Assembly: GCF_021028975.2 (NCBI RefSeq)
Contig: NC_059427.1
Span: forward strand, 72,106,001 to 72,170,000
DNA length: 64,000 nucleotides
Source of the DNA: Sphaerodactylus townsendi
Lineage: Eukaryota
Direction: 5' to 3'
Shown here in pieces: positions 13,701-24,900 of the stretch (positions within the stretch are counted from its first letter, which is position 1; each line of letters begins with the position of its first letter). A model generated the notes under the pieces. It was not told where the DNA came from, did no database searches, and saw only the letters and a list, made by a program, of their open reading frames with translations. A program made the position numbers and the translations under genes.

Positions 13701-15328
13701 TTCCAGGACATGATTTATTCTCATATTAGGGAGCAGAGGCTTTAAAAGCCTTGAAGGATGGCCTCTTAAGAAATTAAATTCCCATTGACATCCCTTCCCA
13801 GGAACTGCTCCCCAAATCTTCAGTTGGCAACTCTGGTATCTAAGCCAGGTGGCAGGTTTTGTCAACACATAGAGGAAGGGTTTTCACCATTTTTAGTACC
13901 CCCTCCTCCCCACATTCATCTTCCTGATTTCATCTTAACTTGTTTTACCTACCCATCTGTTTTGGGTGATGTCCCAGCAGCAAGTCCTCCATAGCTGGAA
14001 CCCAAAGAGCCGTAAAGCAGAGAACTGAGGGAAAGTTACAAGAAAAATCACCATGTTACAGACACCTTAAACCAGGGGTCCCCAAACTACGGCCCGGGGG
14101 CCAAATGTGGCCCCCTGAAGGCATTTATCCGGCCCGCCAGGCATGGTGGCGATGGCTCCATTCATGTGCAATGGGGGCTTGAGGGAGAGGAGGAACCGGC
14201 CCCAACGGCTGTTGATTGCAGTTACATGATGGCACCCCCAAATCTCCATGAATTTTCTGACCCAGAGTTGGAAACCTTTCATGTGGCTTAACGCCGTCTC
14301 CAGCCCTTCCCTCTCACAGCTACTCCTTGCCTTCTGTTGCTCTCAGGCTTTCTGTTCCAGCCTCACTCTCATTGGCATCAGCCAGGTATTGGTGAATCAG
14401 CACAACGCTGGCTGCTAGGGAGGAAAGAACCCAGGAAGATACCTGATCCTGGGTTAGATGGAATGCTTCATTGGGAAAGTTCTGTTTTTTTTTGTTTACG
14501 GGGGAAGGTATTCCACAGCCTCCCCAACAATATTTGGAGCCCACCTTGTACTTGACATACTTTGGTCACTGTTCTAAAAATAGACCATGACAGAAAGGCT
14601 GAAAGTTGAAATCAAACATTTTACAATAATTTGTGCATAGGAATTTGTTCATAGTTTTTTTTAGTCCGGCCCTCCAACAGTCTGAGGGACAGTGAACTGG
14701 CCCCCTGTTTAAAAAGTTTGGGGACCCCTGCCTTAAACTGTTACCAGCTGTCTAAAGGAACAGAGTTTGGATTTTCCCCATATAGTAGGTTGACCCACCA
14801 CCTAAGTGACTTCCATCAGGTAAGAAACAGCTCTCATAAGACCCCTAGTATGAAAATCAATTAATAACAGTTTCCAGCTATTACTCCTTATTCATTTTTA
14901 TTCCATTCAGTAACAATGAAGAACTAGTAAAAGCCTGTAAGTTCATTCCTGAAACATATTTCCAAACAAAGAAAAATGGGGTTTACATCTAGAATACAAA
15001 CTGAAGAAACATACAAGCTTTAAACCCCTGGAGAGAAAAAGCACTCAAGCACGATAATATAGTATCTACAGCGCAAGCATTAAACCTTTAAGTGATCCAA
15101 TTTCCCAAGCCAAAGAATACTCGTTACAAAAGTGTAGTAAACGAAGGAAACTTTCACTTAACCCGTGCCACTTTATTTCTTTACTGTTGTCCCGGTGATT
15201 TTAGAAAGAAGGAAACCACTTGCGACTATTTTCCAGACCACAAGACCATCTAACACTCCAGCCTCCCTGCACAACTCAAGATTAGTCCTGCACAACCTGT
15301 TAGTCAAAGGAACCCATCCGCCTTGCAT
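10713..15328 (-). CDS. SLBP2: Oocyte-type histone mRNA stem-loop binding protein 2 (SLBP2-like), multi-exon
   Basis: Secure RNA-binding-domain exons: 12612-12508 ([35 protein letters not shown]) and 12141-~11994/11998 ([40 protein letters not shown]), joined in phase 2. WRRxLHAWD and GYQxxxQQVPK are SLBP2-type rather than SLBP1-type (WKVALHFWD). Less certain phase-compatible exons: 15328-15297, 14024-13953, 12796-12698, 11315/11311-11210, 10901-10713 (TGA). Confidence 0.88.
12254..12355. mobile_element. hAT-type MITE (102 bp) in the SLBP2 intron between the two RBD exons
   Basis: TIRs CAGTGGTGGGATTCA / TGAATCCCACCACTG; perfect 8-bp TSD CTCACCAG (12246-12253, 12356-12363). Confidence 0.9.
14073..14730. 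mobile_element. Non-autonomous hAT/Charlie DNA transposon (658 bp)
   Basis: TIRs CAGGGGTCCCCAAACT / AGTTTGGGGACCCCTG; perfect 8-bp TSD CCTTAAAC (14065-14072, 14731-14738). Confidence 0.92.
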
Positions 15329-15329
15329 T

Positions 15330-15993
15330 TTATTCTCAATTGGTAAGTTTATGTAAAAATAACCAAGACGGCTGTAGAAGCTTCCCACAGTTTAAATCTC
15401 CCTCCGGCAGGCAGGAAGGGCGGGTTCCTAAGAGGCTAGTAACACAATTAGAGGGGGAGGGCAGAAGGATGATTCTCGGCAAGCGATTGGTTGAATGAAG
15501 AGTACAAAGGAGGACGGAAAACTCCATATAGTTGTGGAACAATAACAGATGTGATTCACAAAGGCCCGCCCCCTACACCATCCCCCAATAGCTGCTGTCT
15601 CGCCGTTGACGTATGAGCTAACGGTAGCCAATTAAAAAACCTACTAGAGACTGACTGCCGGGCTTTGTCTTCTTCCTTTGATTTGATGGTTGGTTGGTAA
15701 AAAGGGAGGTGGTTGGTCGACGCTAGACCGGTAAATTTAAGTTGCGAGAAAATGTTGATTTTTAAGTCCTCTCAGCCGGTGGGAAAATTCGGTGGAATCC
15801 AGGACTGGTGATTAATTGGAGGAGAAACAACCCAAAGACGGCTTTCTTGCTAAGAGGTTGCAACTGTCTTCTAATACGGAGGAAGAGTATCCAGAGTTGG
15901 TACTGTTTTCGTAATATCTACTGAGCTTGACTTTGCTTAGCCTTATTGTTTTCTTCTCGGACGGCTGGTTGGTGGAAGATACCGCAGGCCGTC
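15330..15993. promoter_or_regulatory. Putative bidirectional promoter shared by SLBP2 and CDC25C
   Basis: CCAAT boxes at 15486-15490 (ATTGG), 15585-15589 and 15628-15632; GC boxes ~15418 and ~15566; MYB-type YAACGG sites at 15603-15608 and 15619-15624; CHR-like TTTAAA at 15391-15396. Confidence 0.65.
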
Positions 15994-18900
15994 ATGTCTA
16001 CGAATTTTTCCCCCGTGGAAACAGGTGTCCCTCGCTGGCGTTATCAGTTCCGATCCAGCTGCAAACTGTTGCTTAATTTGTTCCGGGATACCGAGAACTC
16101 CCTACCTTTCACTCCCGAACCACCTCTTACTCCAGTGTGCAACTTGATTCAAGGTTTCAGAAACGGCAGCACTTTAGCAGGGTAAATCAGACCTTGAGTC
16201 ATATTTTCTATTTTAAATATTTTCGACTTCTTTGGGTGGCCACCAACAAGAGGGAAGTGTATAGTCTTAGAAATCAACTTTTGTTGCTAGCCAGTAAATA
16301 CCTAACATAGACATGTTAGGTGTTTATGGGCTAGCAACAAAAGTTAATTTCTAACTTTCGTTTTGCCTGCCTTGGGTTTTCAGTAAAGGTTCCTGGTCTT
16401 CAGAAGAAATGTTAATCTAATCTCCATTTCTTTTAGTGAATTTATTTGTTATGTATGAGGATAACCTAAAGTCATTAACCAACCGTATTCAAGTTGCCCA
16501 AGCAGACAGATATTCTGTACTCAGCAACATACCCAAGGGCTAAGGTTTTCTATTCCCTCAGTTATATATTTGCTTTGCCATTGTTTCTAGTCATGGAGTC
16601 TTCAGACTCCTTGAGTCTCAGCAAGAAATGTGAATTATAAATGAGGCAAGTAAATAAAGAAATAATGTTTGACCTAATTGGTTAAGAGATTTAATATATA
16701 TCGTGCTGCCTTTTTTATGACTGAAAGTTCTTATTTTTAATATATAAACTGAGAGCTTCCAGTCTAGTTTTCTCCTATAATAATAAGACCAAATGCTTGC
16801 AGACTCCAGTTCCACAGGGCCTGGAAGGTGATTGAGGCAGAGATGGTTACATCTTAGCAGATTTCCCTACTCTATTGTATTTTGTTTGAATTTATTCCTC
16901 TATACTTTATTGATGTATTAGACTGCTAGTGGATATTTTATTTCTATGGTTTTAATATGGATAAAATTTTGGATTGTTTTAATATTTTTTGCTAGCCATT
17001 CTGAGCCTGACCTTGCTTGAGGAGGGATGGGATATAAATTTAATAATAATACATTCATTGAAGTGAGTAGAGTTAGGGTAGAATTCTTCTCAAAGTTGCA
17101 TTGATAGTAATTCTCTGGTGCAGCATTCTCTGGTGCAGCATTCTGGATTGGTTTCAGTACCTATGATAAGTATCCTTACATTTTTGCAAAATGGCTGTCA
17201 AGGATTTAGGATAGTACTCTTGCCTATAAGCATTCAGAGCAGAAAGGCTCTTGAAATAGATGACCAGAGGAAACCAGTCTTCAGTTTCAGTTCCTTATAC
17301 TGCATTATAGATTCTTTGGGTGTTTTTTCCTCCAAGCATTTACTGGTATGTCACTTAATTCCCACAGGGATACACCAAGACGCCGTCTAGATCTGTCCAA
17401 TCTCAGTAATGGAGAAGAAGAAACTGCCTTCTACTTCAGCCCATCTCCAGGAACATTGGAAGCTGGTACTGTTGACAACATCTCTTACAATTTTCATTCT
17501 GTATTCAGCTGCTAGCCTTTATTCATTTAGAAGTCTTATCATAAGGCCTGTCAGTGCACCTATCTTTCCTATCATGAATGTTAAACTTTAACACTAACCA
17601 GAATGCTTAGATTTAAGAGACTTTGTTTTTGGTTTTTTGATGACAGTAATAAATCCATGTGAAGTCATTTGTCTTATCTGTCTGGCAGAGGTATCCAGGG
17701 ATGCATTTTACCAGCTTGAGCAGGTTTATCAACTGCAGCCATTCCTGGAAAGAACGGAGTTAGCAACTATTATACATGCCTCTATAACTTCCAGATGAGA
17801 CTATAGTAATGTGCTGTGTCTAAGGATTCCTTTGACAAACTGCAGGAAACTTCAACAGGCACAAAATCTGCCTGCAAGGTTTTAACTGGAGCCTGACATG
17901 AAGCCTGTATAACAATAAGCCCCAACTTTCCTGGTCTTTGCAGCCATAAACAGTTGAGGGTCGTGGTGTATGAAAGACTGCTTTTCCCATGTCATCTTTT
18001 CTATGCTGTGAAGTCATATTCTTGTGATCTTCATCATTAGTTGAAGTGAAGCTGGTTGATATGTGGGACTAAGTTTCTTCATTGTCTCCAAACTGGAATT
18101 CTGTACTCGAGGAGGCTCATCAAGATCCTTCACTTGTCACTTCCTAAGGTTTGCTAAGGCTCTCTTATTCTACAGGATTGTCCATGTTCTCTTTGCTATG
18201 GCTCGCTAATTTGATGCTGTCTTTAATCACAATTGATGGTTTTTGGTTGCTGATTTAATGTTTGCTAAATAATTAACTATTTTACTAGCTTTGTATTTCT
18301 CTGGTGTTTAATAGCTGTTTAATATTGTTTTATCTGTATTTGAGATTTGTAAGTGGTTTCTAAATTGTTTTACACTTGGCAAGCAGATAACTTTTATAGA
18401 CATTGTGATTCACAGTCTTCATACCATGGTAGATAGGAAGGAACTGAAAGAGAGATGAAGGAGTGGCCGTGCAACTCAAAGTAAGCTTTTTGCTTATTCT
18501 GCACTTACTCCATTGAGTGGTCACTAGTTTCCTGGTTCAAGCCATTGGCTAGCTCCTACAAAGCCCCTAAACCCTCATATCTGCTGGACTACCTCTTTTC
18601 CTATGCCCCGCCATGATAGCTTCACTCATTTGAACAGGGTCTTCTACAGGTGCTGCCTTGCAAATGGATAAGATCAACAACTGTTCATACATGTGTGTTG
18701 TCCATAGACCCCTCCCCAAACTCACCCTATTAAATATAGAACTGTTCAGGGAGGCATTTTTATAAACAAAACCGGGCTGAATTTTAACAGGATGATTCAG
18801 GAAGATTCTTCCATAGAAAGAACGGGATTGTGGGCTATCCTAGTAATATGTATTATCTGTTTTCTTTATGTGTTACTCTCATTGCACTGCATTTCTACTT

Positions 18901-21900
18901 AGGTAATACCATTCCTTGCTTTAACATGTAATAGTTAATAGCTATGTCCTGGTTCAGATTTCTGCAGTCCTAGTCCTATTTCACTGTTTTAGATGTCTCC
19001 TTATTCCATGATTGTGCTGAATTCACTATATAATCTGCCTTGAGTACCAGTGAAAAAGACAGACTATAAATAACATAAATAGATTCTGATTGTTATTCAT
19101 CATAGAAAGTTTCAGGTGTTCCCATACCTTTTCTTTGAGGTTAAGTAAATGTATTTGATGCCCATCATTTCCACATTCTCTGGCCTTCTGCCAAAACTGG
19201 ATTCCTACAAGTTCCAGTGGTTGATGGAGATGGGGTGGGATGCAGAATTAATTATTACAGGAGAGAAGTGATTGTCTTTTACTTCTTGTACATAAAGGTT
19301 AATGCTAACTTCACTACATAGTGCACCAGGCTTCTATGTAAGAGTGTCTTGCGTACAGGTGATGGTTCTGTCCTGAGGATGGTGGTTTTCCTCCCAAGCT
19401 AGAGCTCCTTAGTTCCAGGGTTCTGATTTCAAGATTTAATGCTGTCCATTAGCTTCAGCTGTGCAGTGTCCTTAGCCATCTTAATTTCATGGATTTTGTG
19501 CCTAGTGAAATCACACAATAGAAATATATTTTTGCAAGCACAGAGTATCCTTCAGTAATAGGAATGCTGTATAATTACAGCTGTAGAGAGCATTTTAGCT
19601 TAGACTTGAGCATTATTCTTACAAGATTGTTTTCATGTTTAGCGTTCTCTTTTTTGTGCCTAATCTGTCACTTTAGGAGTCTGTGTTGGCGAATCTCCTG
19701 GCTTTCATTCCATTGTAAGTCACTTTCTAAATCTAGGCTTATTATTGACCTCTTCCTCTTTCTCATTACAGCCCAAAAGAACTTGGCAGAACCACAGGAT
19801 AATCTGTAAGTTTTGTCTGTGCATTCTTGTAGCTTAATATATCTTTTACTGTCACTGAACTTTAAAATGTGAGTGGAAGGAAGAGACCTTTATTTTTGTG
19901 GCTTTTGTTTTGAGTGCCAGGTTTCTATGAAATCCTGTGAACTTGCTCAAAGTATGCAAACGTTTGACTTCAGGGCCAAAATAAGAGTTTCTTCTGAATA
20001 TCACTTTGTGCTTTGTCATTCACCATTTCTCACCAGAACCAAACCCATTGCCCTTTTCACAAGTTTTGAAGAGGAGTATGTTGGGAAAAACTCTGATCAA
20101 ATATTTGTTCAGGTTCTTTTTTCTTTGTTGGCTACATTTTTCAAAATTCACATTGCTGAAAGCTTTTGTGTTTGCTTTACTTTCTACCAAATGACCTAAC
20201 AGGGCCTAAACTCCCTTGTGCACAATTGTTTCGTAACTTAGCTAATTTATTCAGCATCATATGGTGTACTGGAAGTTCATTAGAACTTGAAGGGCTGTTG
20301 CTAATTTGTGTGGCATATTTCCATGCAGTGCAGGGTACTAGATCTCTGTACCTTACCCCTCCATTCCCTGCCAGTGGCCAGTGGCCAGGGTCAGGCCAGA
20401 CCTGACAACTCTTAATGCACATCAAAAAGATTTTGTTCCTAGTTCAGACTATTGTTTCTATATATGCCGTTCTCACTGATGGTCTCGGTCACCAGAGTGT
20501 AAAGACAGTGCACTATGCTTGCACAGTGCATTGTTTGTACTTTCTTGCCAAGATATATCCAGTGACAGCATATTGGGTGTTTGTTGGACCAGATGTGGTA
20601 ATTCTGATAGCAGTGGGTTAGATTTTGTGCCTTCCTTAGGTTGACCAATGGAAATATGAAAAGCGGGTTGAGCTTGAGTAGCTTGAGCTCAGGGCCAGTT
20701 CGCAAAAGATGACGTTCCTTTTAAATAAAGTAGGGAGTAGACAGTAGTAGGCATTCTTCCTAGGAGACTTTGCCTGATTTCTTCCCATTGAAAATGGAGG
20801 GGGCGGGGGGGGATGTCCACAACATGTTTTTACCAGAATAGGAAGTGATGGTGAGGCAAAATAAGCCATAACCTGACTCTGTGACTGTAAATTTTTCCCC
20901 CCAGCAGAGACTCAAGGAGACAATGTGCACAATTGCTCCAGGTGAATATTTCCTTTCCTTTATTGGCATCATTCACCTAGTTTGAATGCAGGTGCCAGAA
21001 AGGCTGTAAGATGTCCTCCAGGGGACCTGGGACATTAACTGCACATCCTGAATTTGTTTGCAATAAATACTTTTCCCTTTTGGCAATTCAGGCTGAGGTA
21101 CAATGCAGTACGCCAGGCATCCTGGGTTGCAGCCACCAAGTTGATTGCGGGGTTAACAGCCCTTCTATGAACAAGGAGAACGTAAGTGCCTGTTGCAGCA
21201 AGTGATGCTTCCTCTATTTGTAAGTAGAGTGTCAGGAAATCAATCAGGCAAAAGAAGACCTCTGTTCTCCAGAGCTAAAGGATAAATAATCCATGTACCT
21301 CTTTCATGTTATTTTGTAATAATGTTTGCCCTAGGTCTTCTGAAACTTCCCTATATACTTGACTCCAGAAGTAACTCTAGTTCTTGGCACTAACGATTAT
21401 TGTCTCTCCTTATCTCCTACCAGGAGAGCAACTTTTTAAAGTACCCTGGATGGCAAATGCCCAGGTCCTTGCTGTTCCAGAAGAAACCACCAGCCACACA
21501 CTTGATTTGCTGTGCTGCAGCGCCTGTGAGTTTATATGTTTACCAGCTGATCCAATATACCAAGGTGTGGAAGCTTCCACTAGGCCTAAGGATAGTAGAT
21601 GGCTGTCTGCTCTGGGCCATTATTTAGTGATGAGATACTTTTCTGTTAGGAAGTGATGTGTCAGGATGAGAGAGCTCAGACATACCCTTGCCCAAACTTA
21701 ATGCTCCAGCAATGATGCTTACATGGTGATTTATGTAGCAGACCTGTTTTCCATGCCTTATTAGACAACTCACTGTGTGTTTATCATTGCTGATCACACT
21801 GAGAATGAGCTACTCAAACAAACCTATTATAGTGTACTTGTATTCCACTTTGCCCTGAGGTTTTTAGCAATCTCCCATCAACACTACTGTTTAAATTTGT

Positions 21901-24900
21901 ACCTGCTCAGCTTTTGCAACTCTGCAATTTAATATACTCGCAGATCACTCATTGAATACAACATACTGATACATTTTAAATGAGTGTTACTAAAAAAAAT
22001 TCTGGAGTACACTGAGAAATCAAAAGTACCAATATTGTAAGTGAATAGCTGTTTGGATCAATCCAATCCATAATGGCACAAACACCAGGACTAATTATCC
22101 GTACATCGTCACACATGTATTAAAGTTGCAGGATAAATCCACATTCTAGAAAAAATAAATTAAAGAGCTATTGTATTGTCGAAGGCTTTCACGGCCGGAA
22201 TCACTTGGGTGCTGTGTGGTTTCCGGGCTGTATGGCCGTGTTCTAGCAGCATTCTCTCCTGACGTTTCGCCTGCATCTGTGGCTGGCATCTTCAGAGGAT
22301 CTGAAGGCATCTTCAGAGGATCTGAAGGCATCTTCAGAGGATCCTCTGAAGATGCCAATACAAATGCAGGTAAGCATCAGGCAGAATGCTGCTCAACACT
22401 GCCAACCATGTGGAAATCTGACTTATAACTAAAGAGCTATTGTGTATGTAATAGTGATATTAAACTATATCCTACTTCATTTAGATTCTGGGGTTTCAGA
22501 GGCAACTCATCCTTAAAATACATTATTCATGAACTATAATAAGCATTTTTGTACTTAAGAAGCTGTGGCTTTCACCTGTGAGACTGCTTTTACTTTTTCT
22601 CCTGACAGGAAAGGGGCAGTTTAGAGGAGTATGAGATGAAGGATCTTGGCAGTCCAGTTGCTGCATTGGCAACACAAAGAATTCGAGAGGCATTGGATGG
22701 CTTTCCAGAGCTCTGCCCTGAAGAGCTGGAAGAGATTGAGGTGAGAAGGGCCTAGGCCACCTGATGTTGGTGCTGAGCAGGGAACCTCTTTGGCAACCAA
22801 AAAGCAGGAGTTGGAAAACATAAATGTGTTATTCTGTCCTCTAGAGAGCAGTGTTGGATCTCTTCATGCTGCAATGCTGCAGATTTGGCTAAAAAGAACT
22901 TTGGTAGGAGACAAGTGAATGTGGTCTGGCAATAGATAGGACCCCCAGAGTTGTGTTCACTGAAAACTTGTGAACAGTGAAAAATTCCAGGGATGAATCT
23001 GAGGAACTAATCTTCCTCAGCAGTGGCGTAGTGGTTAAGAGCAGGTGTACACTAATCTGGAGGAACCGGGTTTGATTCCCCGCTCTGCCATTGATCTGTG
23101 GAGGCTTATCTGGGGAATTCAGATTAGCCTGTACACTCCAACACACGCCAGCTGGGTGACCTTGGGCTAGTCACAGTTCTTCTGAGTTCTCTCAGACCCA
23201 CCTACCTCACAGGGTTTATTGTGAGGGGGGAAGGGAAAGGAGTTTGTAAGCCCCTTTGAGTCTCCTATAGGAGAGAAAGGAGGGATATAAATCCAATTCT
23301 TATTATTATTATTTGCTCAACACTATAAATTTCAAGTATCCAAATATCTGTATTCGTTTAACTTCCACATTAAGCCTTTTTTTAAAAAAAAGCTATAATA
23401 AGCAATCTACTCTGTATCGAGCAGTTGGTGTGTTTTTTTCTTTGACAGTGTATAATCTTGATAGAGTTCTGTTCCTGGTTCAGTACTTTCTCTCCTGATA
23501 AGAAGAAGCTTTTTGTTGAAACATCACATGCTGCTTGACCAACAAAGGAGGTTTCATAACTGATTTATCAATCAGAAATCATCAGAGCTCCAGAGTTAAA
23601 GAAAACGTATTTCTGTTCTAAAAGTTTGCACTTTTATCTGCTTCTCAGCCCAGTCCGTTCCCTAAAAATGTATCCATCCCTGAAGTAAACTAGAGAGAGG
23701 GAGGAGCTTTTGCAACTCATCTTTAAAAAAAAGTAACAAATCCTCTCTTCTGACCTATATGCGTGATAACACTAATACTGCATCAACTGAAATCCAGGGC
23801 AGGTTGCTTTATGCTCTCATGAGCAAAAGCAATTCTAGGTTAACCCAGCATTCAGCAAAATGAGTTCAACAAAGTATCTTTTGGGTTCTGTATCTGATGC
23901 TTCCTGCCATATTTCTCTCTTAGAAGCCACTTGCTGGCCATCCCTCCAGCATGGCTGTCCTGCTGTCTGGACCTCTTCTTTCCCAGGACATCAATGTCAA
24001 TGAGGTAAATATGAATGTGCACTAGGGCCAGCTCATAGTCTTGTCAGGTACTCCCCTCCAGGCAGAGGTGTAGCTCCAAGGGAGCGGGGGGTGTTTGGCG
24101 GAGGCATTCTGGGGCAGGGGCGGAGGACACACAGGTGCACCGGGCGCTTTCCCCCCTTGCTATGCCTCCAGGTAACTTTGTTTTTTTATTTCTCCTTGAG
24201 TGTACAAATGACTCATGTAAATATGTGGTGGACTGGTAACTTTTTCATGGACTTATTTGACAGGCTGCTAAGGAGGTGACTCGTTACTGTTATTTTCATG
24301 TCCATCCAAAGTGTTTGATGAAAGAGTTTAGTCAATTTTATGTAGGGAAACATCTACCTAGTAACTGACAAAATGAAAATCTACCTTCCCATTCAATTTC
24401 AACATACGCATGTAGAAAAGCCTCCAGATGCTCAGGAACCACACCCCATCAAAGTTTGGGTCAGCATGCACACTGGCCATGCTGGCAGGGCTGATGGGAA
24501 CCAGTTCCTGTGTGGAATGAGAGCGTAGGCACTCTTCTTCCCCTTCTCTCCTTCTTGCCTTATGGGAGACCCTAGGAAGTTTTGTTAATGTGCTTAAGGG
24601 AGCTGGGGGAGGTTTTTGCTTCTTCCAAGTTTTTTTTCATTTTCCTGTTGACATACTGTTCTGAGTAGGACTCCGTGAACAAGAATCGTCTCTTCCGATC
24701 TCCATCACTGCCAGAGAAACTGAGCAGGCCTACACTCAAGCTGACAGTCAAGAACCATGGCGATGAAACTCCCATGAAAGCTAAGCAAAAACACAGCCCA
24801 GTCCAAGAACAATCAGATGGGGTACAGTTGTATTTGTTTCAAGTATGCCTGTTGTATGAACTAGTAAAGACAAAACAGCATCCCCATTTATAGCCTTTCT

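Noticed and set aside
17846-17878. Candidate 33-nt in-frame CDC25C exon
   Set aside because: Weak donor (GTTTTA) and no recognisable homology.
22146-22428. ORFs with SDPLKMP / GIFRGSE repeats; CRISPR-like appearance
   Set aside because: 21-bp head-to-tail repeats without spacers inside a Penelope fragment in vertebrate DNA.
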